DNA from: Chloroflexota bacterium
Lineage (GTDB): Bacteria; Chloroflexota; Dehalococcoidia; GIF9; UBA5629
Reading direction: 5' to 3'
NCBI GenBank assembly: GCA_036821185.1
Contig: DAISKD010000004.1
Coordinates: 6,063 to 70,062 of the forward strand
Length of the DNA stretch: 64,000 nt
The notes under the pieces are model-generated. The model was not told where the DNA came from. It did not search any database and was given only the letters and a program-made list of their open reading frames with translations. Positions 55,902 to 64,000 of the stretch are shown here, one piece after another. Within the stretch, counting starts at the first letter, position 1, and every line of letters begins with the position of its first letter. Position numbers and translations under genes: made by a program.

Positions 55902-57325
55902 ATATGAGGAGCAGCATCCGGGCAGATTGCGATCGGACCGGCCTGGGCTGGCACCTGTGCTGCCAGTTCTTTCACCATATAGGCTCCGTCTAGCTCGTAG
56001 CCAAACTCAGAGCGGAAGTATTCCCTGGCGCCAACACCACTGATAACCGCTATCCTTGATGCCCCGAATTCGAGCCTGGCAATACGCTCAGCCTCCTGGA
56101 GCAGTCGTCTACCCAGTCCCCTATGTTGCACGGCGATGTCCGCTCGACTACCCAGCGGCACCTCTGTGCCGAATACATGCAACTCCCGTACCATGACTGT
56201 GCCGTCGGAGTCCATAAGTTTACCGCTGGCCCTCATCCTCAACAGGGCAAACAGAGTACCTTCGCTGTCCTCAAAAGAAAGGAAGACCTCCCTGCCGTCT
56301 GATGCCGTATAGTCTTGCCTTCTTAATTCCGGTTCACCAGGTTTCCAACCGTCACGCGTCCGGTGGCCGTACTCACGGCAACGGATACAACGACAGCTCA
56401 GCCCCAACTCGGCCATCTTTCTCTTCAGGGAACTCCTCAACGCCAGGTCCTTACAGCCAGCGACTATGTACTTGTCTGGAATATCTCGCATGACCCTGGC
56501 AATCCGGACATACGCCGGAATAAGAAGCTTGATGTCTATCATCAAATTCGCCAGTTCCTCCATACTGTAAGGTCGGTAACGACCATCATGATACCAACTC
56601 TCAAGTTCGGTGCCGGCTACCACCAGGGTGGGGTAAAGTTTCAGCCCATCAGGCCTGAAGTTTGCGTCCTGGAAAAGGGTTTGCGTTAGCTCCAGGTCGT
56701 GCTCAGGAGTAGAGCCCGGGAGTCCCGGCATCCAGTGGTAGTAGACTTTGAAGCCGTAGTCCTTGAGCAGCCTGGTCGCCCGAACCACGTCATCCACGGT
56801 GTGCCCACGTCTTACCAAGCGGAAAATATCATCGTCAAGTGTCTGTACGCCCAGCTCCACCCTCGTAGTGCCGAATTCCAGCATTCGCTTCACATCCTCT
56901 TCACTGCACCAGTCCGGCCTGGTCTCAATGCATAGTCCCACACAACGGTGCTTCGCCGTCTCGTTTATCTTTTTGGCGGCTTCCAGGGTTGGTGAATCAC
57001 ACTCATTGAGGACATCGTAACAGCTCTTGATGAACCAATACTGATAGTCTTCAGGGCAGGCGAGAAAGGTGCCGCCCATTACTATCAACTCCACCTTGTC
57101 CGCTGGGTGGCCCATAGCTGAAAGGGTCTTCAGTCTCACCTCGACCTGCTTCCTGGGGTCATATTCACAAGCTTTCGCCCTCAACACCGCTGGCGACTCG
57201 GGCGTGTAGCTCTTGGGTGTGTCCGCGAAATCGGGACAATAAATGCACTTGCCCGGGCAGCCGAACGGCTTTGCCATAACCGCCACCGGGGTCACTCCAG
57301 ATATAGTCCTTGAAATTTTCCGCAT
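55898..57325 (-). CDS. elp3: Elp3-family tRNA uridine(34) acetyltransferase (radical SAM + KAT)
   Basis: CPGKCIYC, GHPADKVELIVMGGTF, IETRPD, TRVELGVQ, PDGLKLYPTLV, RIARVMRDIP, CRCIRCRE, RELHVFG, QHRGLG, ISGVGAREY, GYELDGAYM. Confidence 0.95.
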   Translation of the reverse strand: MRKISRTISGVTPVAVMAKPFGCPGKCIYCPDFADTPKSYTPESPAVLRAKACEYDPRKQVEVRLKTLSAMGHPADKVELIVMGGTFLACPEDYQYWFIKSCYDVLNECDSPTLEAAKKINETAKHRCVGLCIETRPDWCSEEDVKRMLEFGTTRVELGVQTLDDDIFRLVRRGHTVDDVVRATRLLKDYGFKVYYHWMPGLPGSTPEHDLELTQTLFQDANFRPDGLKLYPTLVVAGTELESWYHDGRYRPYSMEELANLMIDIKLLIPAYVRIARVMRDIPDKYIVAGCKDLALRSSLKRKMAELGLSCRCIRCREYGHRTRDGWKPGEPELRRQDYTASDGREVFLSFEDSEGTLFALLRMRASGKLMDSDGTVMVRELHVFGTEVPLGSRADIAVQHRGLGRRLLQEAERIARLEFGASRIAVISGVGAREYFRSEFGYELDGAYMVKELAAQVPAQAGPIAICPDAAPHI

Positions 57326-57363
57326 ACTGTGATTTCCTTAAAGAAGTTTAGCAAATTGACACT

Positions 57364-58011
57364 ATGGGAACAAACGCTACTGTTTTTGATGAAATAGCTG
57401 AAAGTTGGTACCGCGTCCACCACTGGTCGCGCTTCAGCCATGAGCTTAAAGAGCTGTCCCTGAGGTGGCAGCAAGGTAGATTGCTCAATATCGGCTGCGC
57501 CCACGGTCCCGATTTTCTGCCCTTCAGGGAGCGATTCGAATTATGGGGCCTTGACGTTTCAGGGCAGATGATAGCGCTGGCTAAAAGATATGCCGCAAAG
57601 TTTAATCTTCAGGTGAACCTGGCAATAGCAGATGCCATCAGCCTTCCCTACCGCGACAACTCCTTTGATTGGGCTATCGCCATCGCAGTTTACCACCACA
57701 TTAGAGGAGAAAAGGAAAGATATCAGGCATTCCTGGAACTGAAGCGTGTACTCAAGCCCGGCGGCGAAGCCTTCATAACCGCATGGAACCGCTGGCAGCC
57801 CGGGTTCTGGCTAAAGGGCAAAGAGGTCAATATGCCATGGAGGTTAAGAGGACGCATACTATACCGCTATTACTACCTCTTCTCCTACGCAGAGCTCGAC
57901 AGGTTGCTGAAGCAGGTAGGATTTACCGCCCTACGCCTCTCCCCTGAAAAAATGCACCGTTCGCCGTTCCCCTTGCTGTCACGAAATATCTGTGCGCTGG
58001 TCAAAAAATAG
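57364..58011 (+). CDS. Class I SAM methyltransferase, Trm9/ALKBH8-like
   Basis: FDEIA..W, NIGCAHG, LPYRDNSFDWAIAIAVYHH, ER...ELKRVLKPGG.A.I.AW, V.MPW, YRYYYLFSYAEL. Confidence 0.8.
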   Translation: MGTNATVFDEIAESWYRVHHWSRFSHELKELSLRWQQGRLLNIGCAHGPDFLPFRERFELWGLDVSGQMIALAKRYAAKFNLQVNLAIADAISLPYRDNSFDWAIAIAVYHHIRGEKERYQAFLELKRVLKPGGEAFITAWNRWQPGFWLKGKEVNMPWRLRGRILYRYYYLFSYAELDRLLKQVGFTALRLSPEKMHRSPFPLLSRNICALVKK

Positions 58012-58123
58012 CACCCGTTGCTCGGCCAGCAACCAGCTTTGGAACAGTTGTTGCGGGCGACAGGATGCGTAGCAGCTCAGCGTCTGGAAAACGCTGACAG
58101 TATACGGATTCTTAGGCGCTGGA

Positions 58124-61120
58124 CTATAGCCCCTCAGTGAAGGTGGAAAGGGCGATGGGCAGAAAAGCTTCCACAAGCTGTGGGTCAAACTGGCTGCCAG
58201 CGCATCGCTTTAACTCTGCTATCGCCTCCTGATAGGACAAGGCACCACGATAGGGACGCGATGAGGTCATAGCATCAAATGCATCGGCTATGGCCAGTAT
58301 ACGTGCCTCAATAGGAATATTTTCCCCTTTCAGTCCTGTAGGATAGCCACTCCCGTCCCATCGCTCGTGGTGGTGGAGGATAGCTGGCACACAAGAGACT
58401 AAGTCAAGCACATGGCTCACGATAGTCGTTGACAATTTGGGGTGGGCACGGACCATTTCCCACGCCTGCGCGTCAAGGGCTCCCGGTCTGTTCAGCACCT
58501 CGTCAGGGATCCCTATCTTGCCGATATCGTGGAGCAGGGCAGCGGTGCTGATCACGGCCACCTTTTCTGGCGATAAGTCTAACTTCTCGGCTAAGGCAAC
58601 GGCGTAGTTACTCACCTTTCTAGAGTGCCCGTAAGTATACCGGTCTTTAGCTTCGATCGTAGCTGCCAGTGCGTATATAACATTGAGGGCTTCTTTATCG
58701 GAAGCTGTCCCAGGCATCGAAGCTACCGCAGTGCTCAAAATCCGAGACACGATACAGGTACGGTCACCACCTGTCTTCTTTGCATAATAGAGAGCCCTAT
58801 CCGCAGCGCTGAGTAGCGCATCAGGCATTACCCCGTCATTGGGCCAGGTGGCTATACCTACGCTGGCCGTTATCCTAGGGTCGACCTTGCCCATCTCCTG
58901 AGCAATCCTGCCACGGATGCGCTCGGCAACCACAAAAGCTGCAGCGGAGTCCGTCTGAGGTAGCAGTATAGCAAACTCATCACCATCATAGCGGAAAGAG
59001 AGGTCAGTGCTCCTCACCGACCGCTGGATTATCCTCCCTACATCAGCCAGCAGCTTATCGCCAGCCGCATGGCCATGGACATCGTTGTACGCCTTGAAAA
59101 GGTCGAGGTCCAGCAAGATCAAAGAAAATGTGCCACCGTATCTCTGGCGTAAGTCTATCTCTTGCTTCAACCGTTCATCGAAATGACGCCTGTTGAACAG
59201 CCCGGTAACCTCGTCTACCCTTGCCCTTTGCTCAGCCCTGCCATAGAGGCGGCTGTTCTCCACCGGCACTGCTATTTGTGCAGCCAGGCGCTCGAGCAAT
59301 GACACTTGCTCCTGCGTGTATGCATTGGGTCTGCGACTGGCAATTATCAGTCCTCCGATGGGCTCGCCTTTGGCGATCAGAGGTAGATAGACTATTGACC
59401 GGATGTCCTGCTTGAGGTGCAGGTCTCCAGTCCAGAACTTTCGACTTTCAGACAGGTCGGACTCAAACAGGGCTTTACGGTACTTCAGTACCCACTCCGT
59501 ACCCGTCCCCTCCAGAGGAATTCTATCTCCTTGCTGCCACGGCGAATCGATATCTGTAGCAAACAGAGCCTCAAAAACAAGCTCTTCTCCATCGACCAGC
59601 GCGATGGCTGCCCAGTCCACATCCACAACCTTTTTCAGCTCAGCCACAAAGGCAGCGTATACCTCTTGGATATTAAGGCTCGAGGTCATCACCCTGACCA
59701 GTTCATTTATCAGCGCTAGCTCCTGTTCCCGTTTTCTTAGTTGCTCGTGGAAATATTCCTTCTCTAAATTCGCAGCTAGCTGCTTGGTTACCGACTCCAG
59801 CAGCGCAATATCCTCGGCAGAATATCTCCCCGACCTCTTCCTACTAAGCGCCAGGATGGCAATTAGATTGTCGTCATTGATTAGAGGGAGGAGCAGTTCG
59901 AGATCCAGAGCTTGAAGCTGCGCTTTTACCTCGGCACCGAGATACATGAACTCCGGCGAAACCTCTATCTCATCACGCAGGAGATACCTGCGCTCGCGCT
60001 TTAACCACCTGACGATGGGAGTGTACTTGCCGATGCTCAGTGAGGAAGCGTCTACGCCTTTGGGCTCGACGAAGCTCGCCTTATAACTGCCGTCATTCGG
60101 TACAGGCAGCAGCAGCGCCGCCGATTTGGCGCCTAGACTGCCGGCAATCAGGGGCAGCAACTTATGCGCCAGCTCCGTTAAACTAGGAGTACGAGGTAGT
60201 TCACTGTTTACAAAATACAGCAACCTGTGACGATAGTTGCGCTCTCTCCTGCCTACAAACAATTGCTCCATGCCGGTGAAGATCAAGCCCCTCAGCCCAT
60301 AAGCGACGCCAACAACTATTATTGCTGAGACAGCAGAGACTCCCAGCGCCAGCCAGTCGAATGACTTGCCGGCAAGCCAATAAGCCAAAGCAAGGAGGCA
60401 GGCATAGACTGCAACACCGGCAAATATCAGGCCCACCCAGGCTAATGCCCGCCGCAGCACGATCTGTATGTCCAACAAACGGTGTTTCAGCAGCGCATAG
60501 GCCAAGGTAGCAGCAGTCAATAACGCGCCTACGCCAGCCACAGGATAACGCTTGCCGAAGTCGCTGAAAGCGTTCAGTAAGCTGAAACACGCCATCAGCA
60601 CGATGCCGAATAGCAGGTACATGTACTGATTGCGCCACAGCGGGTCAGTGATGGCTCCGAGCCTCCGACATAGCAGGTAAAAGTCCCTGCCAAACAGGAC
60701 CGCTAAGGCGGCTGGCAGGACAAAGGCCCACTTGTGATAGACCGGAACAGCGACGCCATTGTCTACCTTGAGGTCAGTCACAACGTAACCAGCCAGCACC
60801 ATGCCCACCAGGGCTACCATCAAGATGTAAGCAAAGGGAAAACGCAGTCCCCTGTTATCGTAAAAGGAGGCAAGAAAATAGTGGATCTGTACCGCTGCCC
60901 AGATGAACAAGTAGGCCGTGATCTGAAGCAAAAAAAGTCCATGCTGCGCAAAAAAGTTACTGCGAAAAAGAAAGTCACTCCATGTCCACAGGATGGTGGC
61001 GAGTACACACAGGGCAAAGAGTTTTTGTTGTCTGCCCCACGGACGATTAAGTAAAACTACTACACCCAACAGGACGAAGGCTACCGCGGTCACCAGGGAA
61101 ATCAATGCTGCTGCATTCAT
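58124..61120 (-). CDS. Membrane-bound GAF-GAF-GGDEF-HD-GYP c-di-GMP signalling protein
   Basis: About 7 N-terminal TM helices, two GAF-like regions, DEVTGLFNRR, DLDLFKAYND, RSTD...DGDEF, LHDIGKIG, HHERWDGSGYP.GL. Confidence 0.92.
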   Translation of the reverse strand: MNAAALISLVTAVAFVLLGVVVLLNRPWGRQQKLFALCVLATILWTWSDFLFRSNFFAQHGLFLLQITAYLFIWAAVQIHYFLASFYDNRGLRFPFAYILMVALVGMVLAGYVVTDLKVDNGVAVPVYHKWAFVLPAALAVLFGRDFYLLCRRLGAITDPLWRNQYMYLLFGIVLMACFSLLNAFSDFGKRYPVAGVGALLTAATLAYALLKHRLLDIQIVLRRALAWVGLIFAGVAVYACLLALAYWLAGKSFDWLALGVSAVSAIIVVGVAYGLRGLIFTGMEQLFVGRRERNYRHRLLYFVNSELPRTPSLTELAHKLLPLIAGSLGAKSAALLLPVPNDGSYKASFVEPKGVDASSLSIGKYTPIVRWLKRERRYLLRDEIEVSPEFMYLGAEVKAQLQALDLELLLPLINDDNLIAILALSRKRSGRYSAEDIALLESVTKQLAANLEKEYFHEQLRKREQELALINELVRVMTSSLNIQEVYAAFVAELKKVVDVDWAAIALVDGEELVFEALFATDIDSPWQQGDRIPLEGTGTEWVLKYRKALFESDLSESRKFWTGDLHLKQDIRSIVYLPLIAKGEPIGGLIIASRRPNAYTQEQVSLLERLAAQIAVPVENSRLYGRAEQRARVDEVTGLFNRRHFDERLKQEIDLRQRYGGTFSLILLDLDLFKAYNDVHGHAAGDKLLADVGRIIQRSVRSTDLSFRYDGDEFAILLPQTDSAAAFVVAERIRGRIAQEMGKVDPRITASVGIATWPNDGVMPDALLSAADRALYYAKKTGGDRTCIVSRILSTAVASMPGTASDKEALNVIYALAATIEAKDRYTYGHSRKVSNYAVALAEKLDLSPEKVAVISTAALLHDIGKIGIPDEVLNRPGALDAQAWEMVRAHPKLSTTIVSHVLDLVSCVPAILHHHERWDGSGYPTGLKGENIPIEARILAIADAFDAMTSSRPYRGALSYQEAIAELKRCAGSQFDPQLVEAFLPIALSTFTEGL

Positions 61121-61149
61121 TGTCAGAACTCTCTCCCTTCAGTAGTCTC

Positions 61150-61184
61150 AAAAAATGAGACCGACCCTTCTCGGGTCGGTCTCA
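61150..61184 (-). terminator. Intrinsic terminator (riboswitch expression platform)
   Basis: Perfect 12-bp stem TGAGACCGACCC/GGGTCGGTCTCA, 5-nt loop, T6, about 30 nt before the ATG at 61120. Confidence 0.92.
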
Positions 61185-61244
61185 CTACTTGCTCCACACC
61201 AGCTAAGTGACCGCATTGCCGCTGATGCTTCATCGCACCCCGAA
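61171..61244 (-). ncRNA. c-di-GMP-II-class riboswitch aptamer (variant pocket)
   Basis: Minus strand: UCGGG-gUGC-GAUGAA-GCAUCAGC-ggcaaugcGGUCACUUa-GCUGGUGU-GGA-GCA-AGUAGUGAGACCGA-CCCGA. P1 UCGGG/CCCGA, UGC/GCA, kink-turn GAUGA/GGA, 8-bp stem and pseudoknot UCAC/GUGA all form, matching the recalled class II consensus (GAUGAA...GGGCACUU...AGUAGUGCAACCGACC). Confidence 0.85.
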
Positions 61245-61327
61245 CCAGATCGGCCGCTTAGGGCTATATTCTCCTGTATTTACTCCTCCGACTCTGACTC
61301 CTGACTTACCAGCGTAGCTGGTCGGTA

Positions 61328-61356
61328 AATTTAACATAACTTCTACGCTTTGTCAA
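61328..61356 (-). promoter_or_regulatory. Promoter driving the riboswitch leader
   Basis: TTGACA (61356-61351), 17 bp, TGtTAAATT (-10 at 61333-61328). Confidence 0.8.
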
Positions 61357-61381
61357 GACCCCCACGCCAACCCATCCCCAC

Positions 61382-62056
61382 TCATCTTCTGCGAAACAGC
61401 TGAAAGAAGCGATCCTGGTATTCTTGAAACAATCCCCAGCGCCCGAGCTCGGTAGCCAGTTCCTGAGCCCAGCGCAGGTCACGTTCAGCCTTTGAGAACA
61501 ATTCCTCGATGTAGTGACGCGCGTCCCGTGGTATCCCTGCAGCATCGATGCTCAGCAGCCCCCTGCGTTCAAACTCCGCCACATTGGCATATACCGAGCT
61601 CTGGGTCAGTTCATAAGTGAACTTGAGCAACGAGACGTCCCACATCTCCTCAACGCCTTTTATGATGGCAGCCAAGGGGTCGCGCTGGCTATCTATCCGA
61701 CGATTTATCTTTTCCACTATCGCCGCCACAGGCTCCGAGACGATGTTCATCTCTTTGGGCTCGTTCTTGTAGCTATAAAAGATCCCCGGTTCGTGAGGAT
61801 GCTGCTCTGCCATCATTTCTATGAACCTCCTCGCCCCAGTACTGAACCCCTCAAGGTTTATCAAGTAGCTCGGCGTCACGATCTTGGGCCGGGCGGCAAT
61901 CACCCTGCCTTCTCTCACCACATTTACCCACTCGGTGAGTTCGGTTATCAGGTAATAATATATGTTGGTGCTACCAAAAGTGGCTAAACTCTGCTTCGGT
62001 GCTCTGAGCACCTTGGTATTTTCGATGGCGTTTTGGATCTTCTCGTCTACTTCCAC
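61382..62056 (-). CDS. Conserved hypothetical protein
   Basis: Long ORF (LATFGSTNIYYYLITE, VREGRVIAARPKIVTPSYL); function not recognised. Confidence 0.75.
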   Translation of the reverse strand: MEVDEKIQNAIENTKVLRAPKQSLATFGSTNIYYYLITELTEWVNVVREGRVIAARPKIVTPSYLINLEGFSTGARRFIEMMAEQHPHEPGIFYSYKNEPKEMNIVSEPVAAIVEKINRRIDSQRDPLAAIIKGVEEMWDVSLLKFTYELTQSSVYANVAEFERRGLLSIDAAGIPRDARHYIEELFSKAERDLRWAQELATELGRWGLFQEYQDRFFQLFRRR

Positions 62057-62075
62057 GGGTGCACACCTCGCACCT

Positions 62076-62816
62076 TTACAGAAACAGCTTCACCGCCTGG
62101 AAATTGCGCTCTACATTCGACTTACCACGGACAATACTACCATATTCAGTACTATGCCCCGCCACCAACAGTTCCACGTCAAGCTGTGACAGTCTCTCTA
62201 TACTCTTCTTCAATAGAGAAAGGCTACCGCTGGGAAAATCTGTCCTGCCTATGCTCCCGTAGAACACCACGTCCCCGGTGATGAGTATCTTTTTCTCTGC
62301 CCAGTAGAGGCAGATAGAGCCCGGGGAATGCCCCGGCGTGTGCAGTATCTGTAGCTCCACCTTGTTCTGAGTGCCAAGGCTCAGCGTGCCCTCTCTTAAA
62401 TAGAAGAGCGGCTCAAACTGCGGCGGCTTTATCCCGAACATGGAATACATCTTCTGTCCTAATGTATTGCGGAACTCGTCCTCTTCTTCGGAGAGGGCCA
62501 CCCAGGCACCGCTCTTCTCCACCAGCAGTTCATTTGCCTGACAGTGGTCGGGATGGCTGTGGGTATTGATTATTAGCCCCACATCGGCCACCTTAAAACC
62601 GGTCCTTTCCATCGCCTTGGTCAGATGCTCAAAACAGGTCTCCCCGAACTCGTTTGTTATATGCCCCGGATCAATAAGCACGTGAGGATGCCCGCCCCGA
62701 AGCACGTTTGTAAATAGACAGGTGTTGCAATTATTGCCCCTGCCCTGCCACACATAGCAGTAAAGGTTATCGGCAAGCTTTAATGCGCTATAGTAACCGG
62801 ACGTTCTGTAAACCAT
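62076..62816 (-). CDS. MBL-fold metallo-hydrolase
   Basis: THSHPDH, HTPGHSPGS, ITGDVVF..SIGRTD, AGH. Confidence 0.92.
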   Translation of the reverse strand: MVYRTSGYYSALKLADNLYCYVWQGRGNNCNTCLFTNVLRGGHPHVLIDPGHITNEFGETCFEHLTKAMERTGFKVADVGLIINTHSHPDHCQANELLVEKSGAWVALSEEEDEFRNTLGQKMYSMFGIKPPQFEPLFYLREGTLSLGTQNKVELQILHTPGHSPGSICLYWAEKKILITGDVVFYGSIGRTDFPSGSLSLLKKSIERLSQLDVELLVAGHSTEYGSIVRGKSNVERNFQAVKLFL

Positions 62817-62954
62817 TTTTTGATTGCAACTCAATTATAAGGTAAAATGCTTGCGAACACCAAATACGGGTTACTCCACATAATTATTGCGGCACTTGAC
62901 AAGTTCGGCACGAAGTGTATGCCGTATTTGGCAACCAGACAACAAGGACCAAAA

Positions 62955-63530
62955 ATGGGGGAACTTAAAAGCGCCCGAGAAATAGCCTTGGAAAAGGCCA
63001 AAAAGCTGGGTGACCTTTCACCGGAAGAGAGACGGAGACAGAAGGAAAAGGAGCATCTTCAAATTGCCCGGACCTTGGCTGATAAATATTTTGCCCACCC
63101 TGATGCGAAACTGCTGACCGGTGAGCTGGCAAAGCACGATGGTCAGGAAAGGGACTCAATCACCAGGCTCCTCATCCGCCAGCTTGTCGATGCGATAGAC
63201 ATTTCCGGCACCAGGGCACAACAGGCGATGGATGGTATCCTCAGTCTGGGTCAGAACAGTGCTATCAAAGACACCGTAGCCAGAATTAAAGATGTGCTAC
63301 AGGAGTACCAGTTAGCACAGGCCAGAGAAAGAGAGGATGTAGAAAAAGCCGGCAGAGAGATCCTGCACCAGATGCGCATCGCAGGTTCGGCGATTAGCCG
63401 GATAAACATCCGCGCCAAGCAGGAATGGCAGAAAAGGCTAGAAAAAATAGCAACCCCCTACAAAGAGACCCTGAAATCGCTGAAGAAGCTCCTCACTGAG
63501 GTTACTCTCTCGAATACCCGATCCCCTTAA
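62955..63530 (+). CDS. Conserved hypothetical helical protein
   Basis: AAGGA SD then MGELKSAREIALEK; all-alpha character. Confidence 0.7.
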   Translation: MGELKSAREIALEKAKKLGDLSPEERRRQKEKEHLQIARTLADKYFAHPDAKLLTGELAKHDGQERDSITRLLIRQLVDAIDISGTRAQQAMDGILSLGQNSAIKDTVARIKDVLQEYQLAQAREREDVEKAGREILHQMRIAGSAISRINIRAKQEWQKRLEKIATPYKETLKSLKKLLTEVTLSNTRSP

Positions 63531-63999
63531 TCTTCAGGTGTTTGCCCTCTACCGCTACCTGGGCACCAAACTTTCCCAGGACCGTCTCCACCAGCCATAA
63601 ATTCGCTTCCACATGGTCGGTTAGATGTGGTATCAGGTACTCGGTGACCCCCTCTGCTAAAGCGGCATAGATGACCGCCTGGTCGGCCAGAAACCTGTCC
63701 ACAGTAGCTCCAGAATTGATGTCTTCAATAAGGTTTTCCGCCACCTGTTTGCCGATCGCTTCCGCCCGCCTGCCCTTCTTGCCAGCCATATCCGAGCCCA
63801 GATAGCGGCCTTCAACGTCCACCCAAATAGCTAGGGCTGCACCGGGATGAGTGGCTGTGCTGTCATAGACAGCCTCTATGTCGACGTGGTAGCCGGCACG
63901 CTTTAATACGCGCTCGCATTCCTGCCCCATCCGCCCGCTGACCTGAGCTTGCTGCAGATGTGAGCTAAGCGCCACTCCTTTTATCCGCGAAACCGGCGT
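63502..63999 (-). CDS. rtcA: RNA 3'-terminal phosphate cyclase (3' part; runs off the right edge)
   Basis: Frame open to the window edge: RIKGVALSSHL...GSDMAGKKGRRAEAIG...VDRFLADQAVIYAALA...TDHVEANLW. Confidence 0.9.
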   Translation of the reverse strand, partial: TPVSRIKGVALSSHLQQAQVSGRMGQECERVLKRAGYHVDIEAVYDSTATHPGAALAIWVDVEGRYLGSDMAGKKGRRAEAIGKQVAENLIEDINSGATVDRFLADQAVIYAALAEGVTEYLIPHLTDHVEANLWLVETVLGKFGAQVAVEGKHLKIKGIGYSRE

Positions 64000-64000
64000 G

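Noticed and set aside
259-63159. Numerous short or antisense ORFs in the track (e.g. 487-807, 1071-1436, 8535-9164, 26193-26774, 28421-29233, 50359-51057)
   Set aside because: They are shadows of well-supported genes on the other strand or frame, with no motifs or RBS.
1-64000. Prophage, IS element, integrase, reductive dehalogenase, rRNA/tRNA genes
   Set aside because: No such motifs were recognised anywhere in the window.

Overview
A 64-kb, gene-dense bacterial chromosomal segment. Gene content (bacterial Elp3, PAC2-family protein, DUF951, lone MarR, hrcA-grpE-dnaK) suggests Chloroflexota, probably Dehalococcoidia; this is inference, not a database result. Most of it is housekeeping: lysS (partial), greA, speD-speE, tldD-pmbA, folC, pyrF, dinB, ilvE, rpsT, dnaK, glyA, nth, prs, secA, polX, valS, coaBC, coaX, nnr, corA, a lacD-pyk-pfkB cluster, an Opp/Dpp ABC transporter and rtcA (partial). 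No rRNA, tRNA, transposase, integrase or CRISPR array was recognised. Main highlights: (1) Elp3 head-to-head (38 bp apart) with a Trm9/ALKBH8-like methyltransferase, suggesting a eukaryote/archaea-type cm5U-to-mcm5U wobble-uridine pathway in a bacterium; (2) a variant c-di-GMP-II riboswitch with a changed binding pocket, wired as a transcriptional ON switch for a GAF-DGDEF-HD-GYP protein; (3) an AT-richer EVE-nuclease gene followed by two acidic paralogs, one split at a T TTT TTC slippery site, upstream of polX; (4) a promoter-terminator attenuator in the greA leader; (5) an orphan 18-Cys secreted protein; (6) a REP-like palindrome family at three loci; (7) a 50-aa membrane ORF missing from the ORF track and coupled to rpsT. 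All family calls come from motif recognition by eye and need HMM/covariance-model confirmation.
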